Shown in pieces: positions 13,220 through 33,585 of a DNA stretch of 64,000 nt. The position numbers and the translations under genes were made by a program. How positions within the stretch are numbered: the first letter of the stretch is position 1; the number at the start of each line of letters is the position of its first letter. Below the pieces are notes generated by a model. That model ran no database searches, had not been told where the DNA came from, and was given only the letters and a program-made list of their open reading frames with translations. This DNA comes from the human T2T-CHM13v2.0 reference genome, Homo sapiens. The DNA lies in the NCBI RefSeq assembly GCF_009914755.1, contig NC_060942.1. One strand, written 5' to 3'.

Positions 13220-13390
13220 CAGTAGTTCTCAGCCCTGATGGCACATCCAAAATCCTGGGAGAAGTTACACACACACACACACACCCCACTAATATCCTGT
13301 TCCATATCAACCAAATAAAAATTTCTTGGACTGAAGCCCAGGATTTAGCATTTTTAAAAAGATCCCCTTGTAATTCTCATAGGAAGATAG
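13220..13390. mobile_element. MER5-like
   Basis: CAGTAGTTCTCAGCCCTG..GCATTTTTAAAAAGATCCCC..TAATTCT. Confidence 0.55.
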
Positions 13391-13554
13391 GATTGAATCT
13401 CTGATTATTGCTATGTTCCTAGTTTGAGTAAAAGTATCCACAAAATTGCCAAACATCACAGAACCACTTCATGGCATCAATGAAATAGGCCAGAACCTGG
13501 TGAAACAAGGCATCATGATCACTATCTCGATCATCTTATCATCACTGCAGGTAT

Positions 13555-14575
<1,021 letters not shown>

Positions 14576-14952
14576 CATGGTCATATTTTACATAGCAAGG
14601 AATTCTAAGTCACTATTTCAACCAACATCTTAATTAACACTATACACGTATCATATAGATATATCATGGTTTCCTTTTCATAGAGCCATTCATTTATTCT
14701 ATCTTCAAACATTATATTTTACTTTACAACATGATTTATCCAAATTATGTACTACTGCCCTTGATTTATAATGAGCTTCCAATGTGATGTTAGGAAAAAG
14801 TCAATATCATGCTATGTGATATAAACCCATCTATGTGATATGATATGTGATTCAGTAGACATTTGAGGATTAGATCTAATAAGCATGTATTAATATATTT
14901 AATAAAGGAGTCTAGAAACCTTATTTAGTAATTCTTCAAATACTTCACAGTA

Positions 14953-15245
14953 ATTTTTTTTTTGAGGTGGAGTCTCACTCTGTCACCCAGGCTGGAGTAC
15001 TGTAGCACGATCTTGGCTCACTGCAACCTCCGCCTCCTAGGTTCAAGTGATTCTCCTGCCTCAGCCTCCTAAGTAGCTGGGATCACAGGTGCATGCCACC
15101 ATGCCTGGCTAATTTTTATATTTTTAGTAGAGACAGGGTTTCATCATGTTGGCCAGGCTGGTCTCGACCTCCTGACCTCAAGTGATCCACCCACCTCGGC
15201 CTCCCAGAGTGCTGGGATTACAGATGTGAGGCACCGCACCCAACC
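14953..15245 (-). mobile_element. AluSx/Sz
   Basis: Full antisense Alu; TSD CTTCA(C/T)AGTAATTTT. Confidence 0.92.
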
Positions 15246-15347
15246 TTCATAGTAATTTTGAAGAGGTTGGTAACCAGTTACTTTAGAGTCAGAAGGGAAT
15301 GCAGTGTTGAGATGACCTAATCTCTCCCCTTACTTTATTTCAGTGCT

Positions 15348-15845
<498 letters not shown>

Positions 15846-15904
15846 TAAAGATGTCATTTCTGCAGCCAAGGGCCAGATGCATAAAATAAAATAAAGATGT
15901 CATT

Positions 15905-17400
15905 TCATTGTCTATGAGTACTCATTGTTTCAGGTAAAAAGTCAGCCACTGGCTTTGTGGTTGCTTCTTCGATTTAAGGTAATGTCCTTTTTCTCTAGTT
16001 GATTTTAAGATTTTTAAATTTATTGTTGGTTTTCAAAGATAAATTTGATAGTTTGAGTAGGATATACCTAAGTATGGTTTTATCTGTATTTTATATGTGG
16101 GGTTTGGGAGCTTCTTGAATCCATGGGTTGATGGCAGTGAATAGTTTTACAAAATTCTCAGCCAGCATCCCTTCAAATATTGCTTCTGCCCAATCTCTCT
16201 CTCCTGTTCTTCTAGAACTACAATTCCACAAATATTAGATCTTATGAACATTTCCCTCATGTCTCTTATGCTCAGTTCTGCTCTTTCCATCCTTTTTTCC
16301 TCTTTGTGTTTCACTTTGAGTATTTTCTACTGACCTTGAGTTCACCAATCCTGCTACATCGTGCCCAGTGGGCTCTTAGACCCATCAGATAAATTATTAA
16401 TTTCAGATGTATTTTTCAGTTCTGTAATAGCTATTTGATTTTTTAAAAAAACAGATTCTAATCTTGCACTGGATTGTCTCATTATTTTATCCATCTTTTC
16501 CTTTATTTTCTTTAACATATTATCCAGTCATTTTTAAGTTATTGCTAACATCATCTGTAGTTCTGTTCCTATTATCTTTCCCCACTTGATTATCAGTTAT
16601 GCTTTCCTGCCTATTTACATGCCTATGTCTTTGATGACATGCTGGACATAGGTATAGAAGAACTGTAGAAGCTCCAGAGGATAGCTTCTACCAGGAAGCA
16701 TTCCCCTTTCCCTCTAACAGGGTGATGAGCTCAACCCAACCAGGGATTTACTGACTCAGGAATAGCCTGCAGCTCTAGTAACTTAGTCCACCTCTATTTT
16801 ATCTAGTCCCTTAGTTGTAAGCCCTCCCAGACTTGTGTTTAAGAGCTTGGTGGATCTCTGCCTCCTCATCCACAAAAGGTCTGCCTTTCAGAGGTTTTGA
16901 CCTTAGCTTTTTAGCCTCTCATCCATGCAGGTTCAACACGTGGCAACTGTCTTTAGGGGAAGACTTGTGCTTTTGCTGCAGTCTCCTAAATACCCCTAGG
17001 CTATGAGAGTTTTCACACCTGCAGCCTCCTGCACCACCCCAGAACTCAGCAAATGCCTCATGGGAAAAACTAGACTTCCTCTGGGGCTATTCTAGCTTCC
17101 AGTCCATCAAACCAGGTCAATATGACTGCCTAAACTCTGCTAGTTTCTCTTTCCCTAATATTTCCTCTTTTTGGACCAAGCCAGATCTTTAGCCTACACC
17201 CAGAATCAACAACTATCCTCCTCCTTCCTTGCCCTTACCATGAGGAAAACAGCTTGGTTACTCAGTATAGCTAGGAAGGGTTCTTCCCTCTCTGGAAATT
17301 TGCTTAACAGCTCTCCAGTTTTCTTAAAAATATGATTTTTGCGATTTATTTATTTTTCCCCTAGTTGTTTCGGTTGAGATACTGGCCTGTCACAAGGTAC
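15905..17400 (-). mobile_element. ancient L1M/HAL1 5'/ORF1-region fragment
   Basis: GAGCTTCTTGAATC..AAATTCTCAGCCA..TTCAAATATTGCTTCTGCC..TTTTTCAGTTCT; right boundary uncertain. Confidence 0.55.
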
Positions 17401-17551
17401 AACAGTCTACTCTGAAGTAGGTTTCCCTTTTTTTATACGTGCAAAAACAGACCCAGAGAGATGGTCTAAGCTACTGGTTTTCAAACCAGGCTCAGCCAAC
17501 CACTATTTCCCTAGAGCCACTGGATACCATCATGACACAAAGTGGGGAGTC

Positions 17552-17846
17552 TTTTTTTTTTTGAGACAGGGTCTTGCTCTGTCGCCCAGGCTGGAGTATA
17601 GTGTGCAATCACGGCTCACTGCAGCCTTAACCTCCCAGGCTCAACTGATTCTCCGTCTCAGCCTCCTGAGTAGCTGGGACTACAGGCATGTGCCACCACA
17701 CCCAGCTAATTTTTGTATATTTTGTAGAGATGGGGTTTCACCATGTTGGCCAGGCTGGCCTTGAACTCCTGGGCTCAAACAACCCATCAGCCATGGCCTC
17801 CCAAAGTGCTGCGATTACAGGTGTGAGCCACCACACCTGGCTGGCC
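17552..17846 (-). mobile_element. AluJ
   Basis: GAGACAGGGTCTTGC..CACTGCAGCCTTAACCTCCCAGGCTCAA. Confidence 0.9.
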
Positions 17847-19727
17847 TTTTCATTTGTTCTGAACAACTTCCCATTCAGCAACAATTTTATTAACTCATTA
17901 TGACAATTTTAATTAGCTTAAAAAAATCATAGTCTAGGTTTTTGTATACCCCAGCCTGGGGCAACAGAACTTTATCAAGGGCACACAGCCTTTTTCCCTT
18001 CGGATACAGGGTTTCAGATAAAATGTAATTGATGGTAATGACTATGGCAGGCTGGAGGCGAGAGGAATATTCAGCTCCCTCTCCTCACGATTCCTTCTCT
18101 GCCCACGGAGGAGGGAACTCTTCTGCCTTCACTTGTATCATTTCAACATCTTCCAAGTTCATTCCAAGGGGAATAATTGTTTATCTGATTGTACATTTAT
18201 TTTACACTAGTCAGTGAGACTCTAATTTTTTAAAAGCAGGAACCCAGACTCCACACAGTCTCTTCTCTTGAATCTATGCAATAACATTCTCTTGACTCTC
18301 CATCTCCACGTGTTGTGGTTTAGGGAGGAGGATGGAAAGGAAGCCGTGCCTTGCATGGGGAGCAGAAAGTCTCTGCTTCCAGCCAGGGTTGAGTGTTTTT
18401 GATTTAACTCAACTTTGTTTCCCACTTACTATTCCTTGTCCATATGTTCTCTTGGTTTATATCCCGAGAAAGGAGGTGGAGTGGGCAGTAGAATTCAAGT
18501 ACCAAAACTCTGAACTCTTTAACAAAGGCATAACTTCAGAAACATGTGGGCCTTTTGGACTTGCAATCTTCCTGGCACAGTTATGCTAAAGGTGTTAGCT
18601 CTTCCCTGGGTTGGATGTCCAACTTTTCTCTGGTGCTTACATTTCTGAGAAGGCCATATTCATAGCATGTCTGCTGAAATGGAGTTTCACAGAAACTTTG
18701 GAGGACTTCTTCCTCCATCTTTCTCTTTGGGCATTCCACTTCAGCTTGTTCTAAAATACTTGATTGTGTTGTTTCTTTATTTGCTATTATAATTTTCTTT
18801 AAATAGATGGGCTATAAATTTACCAAGTATTTCTTCTTTTACAAGTAGTAATAAAAGGCGAAGTAATGTCAACATACTTAGAACACCCAATTGTAGAAGG
18901 CAAATGGAGAGTTTGAGACTTCCCTAATTTTCCTTCAAACTCAAATCAGTGACAACCTGGTATGGAGCCTCTTAATTCCCCATTCTAGTACTTTTCACTT
19001 CTTGGTTTCATTTAACTTAGTAAATGTACTCTTCTACTGTCCAACATACTTTTAGAATGATAGATTTGTGCCAGTTATTTTTTAAACTTTTGTCCTGCTA
19101 GCTAGAAAGTTCTACTAGTCTCCCAAGTTAAGCAGAACTCTGTGCTTGTGGAAAGGAAGGGCATGTGGTTAAGATGTTTTTATTTTCTAAGTTGTTTTGA
19201 TTTACTCAAAGCACAGATCTAATCTCTGCAGACTATTTTTAGAAATTACATGAATTTAAGCTCAAAGGAGCGTTCAATAAAAGCACCATAATTATGCTTA
19301 CTCCAAGGCTGTGAGGATTTGTTCATCAACTTTTGGTATAACAATAACTTCAATTCACACTACTGTTACATTTAGCAGTAATGGAGGTGAAAGAATAGAT
19401 CTGCCAAAAGAGAAATATCCAGACCCCAGACCCCGACACTTCCTTATAACATTCAAAGGTAGGAGATGTGGTTGCCCATTAGGTAAAACCCTGTTGCCTG
19501 CTTTTCACCTGCCTCCTTCCTTTATTTAGCTCAACACTTCCTGAAGAGCATTGGCTGGAAGAAGTGAGCCCTCTACGTGACATCAAGGACTGGACCCTGG
19601 CTCCAAGTCTGGTCACACTCAGTTTTACATGACCAGAGAGTGAGAACTTCTTAGGAACATACAAAACTTGCACAATACATTTACATAAACCATGAAGACC
19701 TTCCAGCTCTTGCCACGCAACCTATTT

Positions 19728-20466
<739 letters not shown>

Positions 20467-22258
20467 CTTCCCTTGCTCTTTTGGAGAGTTTAAAAAATGA
20501 AAGTTTGTTTAAAAAGGCTGAATGTTTCAGAAGACGCTTTCATTGAATTAGAAGTGAAAAAGGAAAAGGGCTTTGGGTTTTTGCTGGGATGAAGTTGAGG
20601 CCAAATTACGTTCACTGAGCACCACAAAGGGCATTAGAGAGGCAACATGAAAGGCGAGATCTGCCCTCGCAACACCCCACGCTGGGTTAGCTAAAGCAAA
20701 GAATGTCAATATTATCATAGGGTAAGTGCTAAGACATGGGCAGACTCTGAATGTTATGGGAACAAACCCCACTTAGGGCTGAGTCCTGTGCTAAGCCTAA
20801 AGGGCACTCAGGAATTACCAGGGGAGGAAGAGTGGGAAGGGCAGTCTACGGAGGGGGAACAGCATGAACGAGCCCAGCACAGTCTACGCCACTGAGTGTA
20901 AACTGTAATGCCAAGTGTGCTGTGGTTAAAGGCCACTGCTAAAGCCAAAGGAAAACCGAAGAGAGTGAAAAAATCATAGTTTAAAATCCCTTTTTCCTAG
21001 CAACATATTTTAAAAGTCCCATGGAGAATCCTATTCATTTAAAGAAGAGGGGCAGCTGGTCCCAGGAAGATTAGGCATGCAGTTTTATCAGCAGACCAGG
21101 GGCAATCCTCTGTATGGATGCCAAGAGAGCGTCTCCGAGCCCCGTGTGTGTCTGTGAGACAGCAGTGAGCCAGCAGGGAGAGTCCTGGGTGCTCCCTGGC
21201 TGGGTCACAAACTGGCTGAATAACCTCAGGCAGACCCATCCCCATCTCTGGATTTCAGGTTTCTCTATAAAATAAAGGAACCATCTAGAAAGTATTTCTC
21301 AGGGACTAAATTCTGTTCTTTCCCTTATTATCTGTCTTTGAAGGAGTAGGGGATTTTATTCATTTCCGGACTTGTCCTAATGAGAATTTTCAAGAAGCTT
21401 AAAAAGGTAGATCAATTCAGACACAAAATATCAATCAGAAGTAGGTAAGAAACATGAAGGAGAGGGGAAACCAAGGAGAGAAAGGCAGAGGGAGGACAGG
21501 ACAAAAACCACACCAGGGTGGCTGCTGTGCACAGGAGGGGCTTGAGTGTGGCCGCATGATTCCTGGCAGCCAAAGCAAAGAAGGTGCGTGATCAGTTGCA
21601 CACTGAGTGTCCCTAAAATTCTGGCAAACCAATGCTTGGGAGAAGCCATTCAATGTTAATCTATCTTCTAAGTTTAACATGAGAATGTTGTTACAGACAT
21701 TCAAGCATATGTTCCAAAGAAAGCAGAGAGCCTTTAATTTAATAAATCTGTCAGCTGCCACATCAAGGTCCAATGTAAAGACCCAGAGTAAAGAAATGTG
21801 TTATCTTGTCCCCTCCAATGTATAAAGTACCCCTCTTCATGAAAGCTAAATATATAGAAATATGAATTGTGGCCTTTCCCTGGTCCCACAAAAGGAACGT
21901 CAGCTGCTGGCAAGGGCCCCCCCACCCCGTGTGGGTACAGCCAGGAGCCCATCAAGTGTCCTTCTCTATCAAGAAGAAAACAATGCCCATCAGTGGCTAC
22001 TTTTCATAAAGATCTCTTAAAGCCTGCGGACAAGGCACACACACATTTTCTGAAGGCAAGGAGTATGCATTTCAGAATCCCCTTGCAGCACCCCTTAGTA
22101 ACTCGGTTTATTCATCTCTACAGCAAAATGTGATTTGCTGATTGTGCAGCCATCTCCAAAATGCTGGGGGACCAGCAATATGCCTGGTGGCCCTGCCATG
22201 TTTCTGGTGGTCACTGACTGAGCATGTGCTCAGGACAAAGCATCTAGTCCCTGCTCTG

Positions 22259-26305
<4,047 letters not shown>

Positions 26306-26689
26306 CCCAACAGGTGAAGAACAATCCCATTTCTGTAAAAACAGAAAACCTCAGGAATGTGTGTATAAAAAAAATTTCCCAAAGAATATACTCTAAAATG
26401 TCTATTATGGTAGAGTCCCATAAGCTTTTTTTTCATTTACTTTCTACATGTTCTATAATTAGCCTTTTGAACTTTTTAAATGAAGATAGTGGACTAAATG
26501 GTTTCTAAGGTTTTTTTTCTAGAGATGTCATGGGTCAAAATTAAAGTCACAAGTTAAGGGGAAAGTTATTTGCTTCAATAATGGTGAATACCCCCTACAT
26601 TAAATACCTACAGGAAAATTCAAACTCTGACCAGGAAACCACGCCATTTGCATTTCCACACCCCAGCCCATGCCTGCTCATGTCTGGGG

Positions 26690-27800
26690 ACGCCTGGCAT
26701 TCAGCTCTCCGGATGGTTGGGCTGCAGGTGTCCCTAAGGTGCACCCTGACAGCCGGCTCGCTCTGCGGAGCTGCAGAGTGAGTTCCTGGCTCCCGTGACA
26801 ACCTACTTCCCTTACGTTCATCTGTTCTCCATTAGTCTCCACCAGCCTCTCAGTTTCCTGGAGGTGTTTTCTACATTGTACAGTTACATGTAAAGAAAAA
26901 TGCAACAGCAGCAAAGCACGGGGGGTCCAGACACAAGCACCCCTTCCCTGGGAGACTGCTTACCACCATCACAGTCAGACGCTCAAGCAGCACCCACACG
27001 AGAGGAGAGCCACCAACGTGAAGCCTTTCAGAAAAGGCCCACGGGCAGCCTGGGCAACTAGCGAGACCCCATCTCTACAAAAAAATTGAAAAATTAGCCA
27101 GGCGTGGTGGCTCATACCTGTACTTCCAGCTACTCGGGAGGCCCCAGCCCAGCAGGAGCGTTCAGCGAGAGGCAGAGCCCCGGAACAGCGGTGTTCACTC
27201 AGTTAAACCTCATGGTCTGAGAGAGTGGCAGGTGTGCCGTTTTCCATAATTAGTCACAGCCCCTGAAGGAAAAGCGCGCCCGTGTGGGGCAGGACCAAAG
27301 GAAGAAACGCTTCTGCAATGCTACCGGGAAGTCTGAGCTCACCTTCTTTACCTTGGCACCGAGCTGAAGATCTGTTAGAAACCCTCTCCAACCAGGACTT
27401 TCAGGAGAAACGGTGGCCACCGCCCAGAATAACAAGGCCCCAGCAGCAAGGTGTCCTTTTCCCAGCAAGTGAAACCTGCCCCCCCGCCACCACCTGTAGT
27501 ACAGGAGACACCACAAAGCAAGAGGCCCCAGGGCTCTGCTCGGGAAGCTGCCGGGCCTGTTTTTCCTCCCAGTGGCCAACAAACAGGAGGGCAGGTTCAG
27601 CACGTTGGGCTCTGCTTTCTGAGCGCCGCACCATTACAGCATCCACATCCGATTTTTAAAACTGAAGTATAACATAAATACCGTGTAGTGTAGGAGGCAC
27701 AGGAATCTCAAGTACACGGCTTGCTGAGCATTTATACCCATTAGCACCCACACAGCTGCCACCTGGACAGAGACACCGGCCCTTCCCAGCATTGCACCAG
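26690..27800. promoter_or_regulatory. CpG/GC-enriched candidate enhancer
   Basis: Many retained CpGs in non-repeat DNA (e.g. AAGCGCGCCCG, ACCGGGAAGT, GAGCGCCGC) compared with flanks; judged by eye. Confidence 0.35.
27045..27142 (+). mobile_element. Alu (J-like) central fragment
   Basis: CAGCCTGGGCAAC..ATCTCTACAAAAAAA..TTAGCCAGGCGTGGTGG..CAGCTACTCGGGAGGC. Confidence 0.85.
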
Positions 27801-27972
27801 GCTCCGCAGACTCCTCCCAATCCATTCACTCATCCCGAATCCCCTCTGTGGCCATGTGCCCTTTCCTACTGCAGTGAGGATTCCATTGTATGGACAGATG
27901 AAATTTATGGACTATTTCATCTAGTTAGGTGCTATTATGAATAAAGCTGCCATGGATTTTCTTGAACATGTC

Positions 27973-28285
27973 TTTTTTTTTTTTTTTTTTTTTGAGATAG
28001 AGTCTTGCTCTGTTGCCCAGGGTAGAGTGTGGTGGAGTGATCATAACTCACGGCAGTCTTGAACTCCTGGGCTCAAGCAATCCTCCCACTTCAGCCTCTC
28101 AAAGAGCTAGGAGCACAGGCACACACCTTTACACCTGGCTAATTTAAAAAGAATTTTTTTTTTTTTGTAGAAATGAGGTTTCACTATGTTGCCTAGGCTA
28201 GTCTCAAACTCCTGGCCTCAAGCGATCCTCTCACCCTGGTCTTCCAAAGCCCTGGGATTACAGGCGTGAGCCACCACACTTGGCC
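27973..28285 (-). mobile_element. AluJ within old L1M fragments (about 27.65-28.62 kb)
   Basis: Antisense Alu; TSD CTTGAACATGT. Confidence 0.9.
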
Positions 28286-28879
28286 TTGAACATGTATTTT
28301 TTTTAAAAAAATAACAGGCTTACTGAGATATAATGCACACACCATAAAATTCACCCTGTGGAAGAGTACAATTCAATAGCTTTTAGTATACTCACAGTTA
28401 TGCAGCTACCACCACCATCTAATTCCACAACACTGAACATAACTTGTGAACATATGTCTTTGTTTCTCTTGGGTAAATACTGAGGAGGGGGAATACGTAG
28501 ATGTTGTATTATGTAGATGTTGTTTAGCTTTGGTATCTTCTAAAGCATAAATATCATTCTACAATCCTCACCAACATTTGGTATTGTCAATTTTTTTCAC
28601 TGTAACCATTCTTTTGGGTGTGTGATTCCACATCAGAGTTAATACCACATTTTCTCAATTCCCCATTCTCTTACTACCAACCAAATATAAACTGAAAGCT
28701 GAAATTTCACCTAACAACAGAGGACTCATCTAACAATCTTCAGGACTGACTTTTTTTTCCCTTTTCTTTAAACACCAGTGTAGCACTTCCAAAATGTTAG
28801 ATAAAATGATGTATCAGGTCCGCTGAGATACTTCAAAAATTGATTAAAAAAAAAAAAGCTAACAGTAACTGCTTAACAT

Positions 28880-29060
28880 ACATTATTTTAAATAATTCTT
28901 GCAACATTTCTGTGAAGTGTATGCAATTATTCTTATTTGACATATAAGCAAACTGACACATAAATAAGTTATTTGATTTTTCCAAGGTCATATTGCCAGA
29001 GAATGAGATTCTTACCCAGGTCTTTCTGTCTCCGAAATGCTGGGCTGCTTGTCACTACTC
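28880..29060 (-). mobile_element. MIR
   Basis: AAACTGACAC..TCCAAGGTCATA..ACCCAGGTCTTTCTG. Confidence 0.55.
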
Positions 29061-30807
29061 TCTATAGTCTCATCTCCACAGCCGGTTATAAGATAGGACA
29101 CTCTATACACCTGCTGAATACATTTGCTGACATAACATCTTTGCACAAAGCAATATGAAAAAAAAATTTCAGGGAAAAGAAAACCTTCATAAAAAGCATA
29201 AGTATTGAAACCAGGTTATATATTATGTAATTCTTAGAGTAAACATTCTTAAAAAAGCCCAACTATAACCTGAGGAAAATAATAATAAACATGGCTGACT
29301 TCATAGAAGATACAGCCTTCAAATAATTAGGACTGATCAGATCTGGGTGGTTCACACAGCAATAGCTCAATAACCCAATCAAAGATGCATCTACTGTCTG
29401 CCTATGGGCTCAAAACTGGGCTGGTTAACTGTTGGGGATAAAATAAGGCACTCTCTCAGTGCTTAAAAGTGAACTCCTATTCTGATTTATGGAGTGTTCT
29501 AGCTATCTATGAAGCACAGAATATATATAGCATACTCTAAAGAAAGACGAAATTTAATAACTGCCAAAGTGTTGTACTCCCTTAACCTAACATTTCAAGA
29601 GTGCATGAAGGAAGCAAAGTGCTCTGAATGGCACAGCCAAATGGCAGCAAATGTTTGGCAATTTGGAATAAGATCAACACTGCTCCCAGTGAAATTCCCA
29701 AGGCGGGAATGCAAGGCCTGAAGCTACCAGAACACCCCTACTCCCACCTGAAGGAAAAAATACGTTTTCACAGATAACAAACCCTCCCTTTCAGGGCAGA
29801 AGGCAAGGCACAGGTAGCAACTGCTGACTGCATCACTGAAACTGAAGACTTCAAATTCCAAGAAGATAAATCTAACATTGAAAAAGTAAATTATTTTGTT
29901 CTTTTCTGGAGGTGGAGGGGTAGTCATTGTACAAAGGACTAACCTGAGACTTGAAAATAATGGCTCTTAATTCCATTTGGACTACAAATTTTGGAAGTAC
30001 TGTAAAAGTCACCAACTCTTTTGCAATTCAAATTATGCCTCTGGGTGCTCTGCTAGGTGCTGGGGATGTAACCCTGAGTAGGATGTGCCCTGCCTTCCTT
30101 GGGCTCACAGGCTGATAGAGCAGGTGGATTGCTGGGAAGTATAGTTACCTGATTATTATTATTTTTCTGTTTTCCTTTACTTTTCTTCTCCTGAAGGGGA
30201 GAAAAGGGAAAGTGGTGGGCATTTGATATATCAAATATTGACTAATCACCTACTATATTCAAGGCCAACCATAACCATGCCAGAAAATTGTGCGGAAAAC
30301 ACATAAAGCCCTAAGTAGGGAATAATGGCCTGAGGGTGAGGCAGGAAAGAAATAAGACAGAATTCTTCTTGGACACAGATGCAACCCTGGGCCTGCTCCT
30401 TGTGCAGCAATCCCCACCCCACACCACCCCAGAGCTCACACAAGAAGACTGACATGGAAATGTGGCCAGGGAGACCCTGTTCCCCACACAATCCTCCCCT
30501 TCAACCCTTCTCCTGTCAAACTGCACAGAAACAACCAAAATTACAAATTCAGTCTCATGGCTAGTTGTATTTATGTGATACAAAGCAATTAGCTGTTGAC
30601 TTAAAAACTTTTCTTGTTGCATACTTGACTAACTGGCTATTTTGGAGTCCTATAAACAAGCACAATTTGCTCGTACTTCACTGTCTGGCCTTAAAATCAG
30701 ACACAGTCTACTTATACATAAACAAAACAACACCAAACATCTTTATCTAAAGAACGACCAGGTTAGCGCAAAGTGCCACCATAGAGTGAAGAAGGGGAAA
30801 AGGGGCC

Positions 30808-31120
30808 GGCCGGGCACGGTGGCTCATGACTGTAATTCCAGCATTTTGTGGGGCCCAGGCAGGCGGATCACTTGAGGTCGGACGGGTTCGAGACCAGCCT
30901 GGCCAACATGGTAAAACCCCATCTCTTCTAAAAAAAATACAAAAATTAACTGGGCTTGGTGGCACGGGCCTGTAGTCCCAGCTACTCAGCAGGCAGAGGC
31001 AGGAGAATTGCTTGAACTGGGAGGCAGAGATTGCAGTGAGCTGAGATCGCGCCACTGCACTCCAGCCTGAGCGACAGAGCGAGACTCTGTCTCAAAAAAA
31101 AAAAGAAAGAAAGCAAGCAA
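30808..31120 (+). mobile_element. AluSx/Sz
   Basis: Full Alu with A-tail. Confidence 0.92.
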
Positions 31121-33089
31121 GAAGGAGAAAAAGCAAATTTGGACTACTTTTTGTAAGAGAGGAGAGCAATTTTAAGCAGGAAAAAAATGGGTGAATAACT
31201 ACACTTTATACAAATTCCACTTTTGGGGATAGAACAGGAAAACAAGTCTGAGGAGGCATCCGGGTACCAGGCCACCAAGATGTCTCTAAGGCACAATGTA
31301 ACAGACAGTTATTTTCACAAAATTGTACCAAGTAAATATCTGCTAAAATTCTTCCAAATTTACATGTCATGCCTTTCTATCATTGATGCATCCAAACTTA
31401 GCTTTCCCATAAAAAAGTCTACTCCTTCAAATTTCCCAAGAGCTGCTTCATCTAGGTCTGCTTTGACTATGGCAGTCACTCTGCTGACACAGGCCATAGG
31501 TCCTGGCCATTGTCCGCCCTCTGGTTGGGGCACCAGCAGAACTTACTGTGCTCTTTGCTAACTACCCTATGTTCAGCCACACCTTAGGGAACTTAGTTTT
31601 AGGGATACACACAGAGGGTCTTTAAAAAGAAAACCGAACCCCTATAGAATAAATGGCACAAAGAAAGGAAGGAATGGGTATATCACAGGAAAATGGGGCA
31701 ATGAAGTTACTTTACGAGATATATGCAGAATTCCACCTTTCTCTGTTTCTGACAGGAGTGCAAAGGTGTGCAGAATAAAATCAGTTTTTGAGTGAGTACT
31801 CACCCCACACTCATTTATTGGACACCATACTACAATAAACCAAGCACACATCAATTCATCCCCTAGAGGAGGCCGTGCAAATATTCCCAATTAACTGGCC
31901 TTTATGTTGCAAAAACGACTTTCATTTTTTAAAAAATTATCTGGGACACTAACGGCACCCATAAAAACCTTAGAGTCAGGAAGTTTACAGAAAGTAAGGA
32001 CATCTCCCCAGTAAATGAACAAATGATAAATGAGCGAATTCATTCAAGTCAGAAGTTGTGAAACAGAATTGTTATCCTATTTTTGCAACACAGAAGATTG
32101 TGATGATCAAAGGCATTAAAAATAGCTCGGAAAAAATGAAGACAACATAACTGGAAATTAAAAAAAAAAACAAGAACCTTACTCAAAACAGCAAAATGTC
32201 CACTCATAGCACTCATTTCTCTATGAATTATTTTGACAATAGGAAATGGAATTTAAAAATTTTTCCTGAATCCAAAACTGTATTTCCCCTCCCACGTTCC
32301 CTGCAGGAAAACCTTGTTCATAAACAAACAACTCCCAGATAACTAACTTCTTGGCTGGCTGTTTCCATGCGAATGGCAGCTCCCAAACTTGCCACTTCAT
32401 GTTCCTGTCGCCTCATCAGTGATGTCATGGAAAGACATCAGACATGCTGTTATTATTGCCGAGCGAGAGTCTGCAAAGGAAATTATGCTGCTGCCTCTAG
32501 GTTTTAATTTTCCATGAAAAATTATTCTTATTGCCATAGCCGCTGAGACAGTGAAAAAGAAAAATGATTTAATTAGGGAACAGCCATAATTAGATTTTTT
32601 AAGCATGGTCTTTCAATATAAAAGTTACATTACAGTACAGCTTCATGTGGTTTAACAATGTATTTTCATCAGACCCTTCCAGAACATATGAAGGTGTTGA
32701 ATAACAACTGAAGGAAGAAAAGGAATGCTAAACTGCTATAAGAAAGTTATATCTGAAATGAGCTTCGAAACGTGATGGGAAGGAGGAGTGAGGTGTCCTC
32801 AGCAGCTAAGATGGGAAGAACCTCAAATAGTGAACTGGGGAGAGGAGCCCCCTCTTCTGTGATTACCGTTCACCATCCAGGTGGTGGAGAAAGACAGTAA
32901 CAGGCTCCCCACCCAAGAGATAGTGGGAATCAGGATGATAATGCAAGGATGACTAGAAAGAAAGAAATAACAGCAGTAATAGAATACAAAGTAGAAAAAT
33001 GAAGAGAACCAACTCTGTTCAGCATAGACTTGACCTAGTGAGAGCAAAGTGTGATGGGCTTTGTAAACATACTTTTATGATTTCCCCTG

Positions 33090-33091
<2 letters not shown>

Positions 33092-33121
<30 letters not shown>
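33092..33121. repeat. (GT)n microsatellite
   Basis: read directly from sequence. Confidence 0.97.
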
Positions 33122-33123
<2 letters not shown>

Positions 33124-33266
33124 CAGAAATTGAACCTATAAGAACTATGATTACAGACTATGAGAGATTTGTTTACTTGTCACCTCCTCAGAAGTTCAAG
33201 GTATGAGTCAATGTTAAGCCTTGAAACTTCCCTACAAATGTATCTCAAAAAATTAGTGAAGGGTAA

Positions 33267-33585
<319 letters not shown>

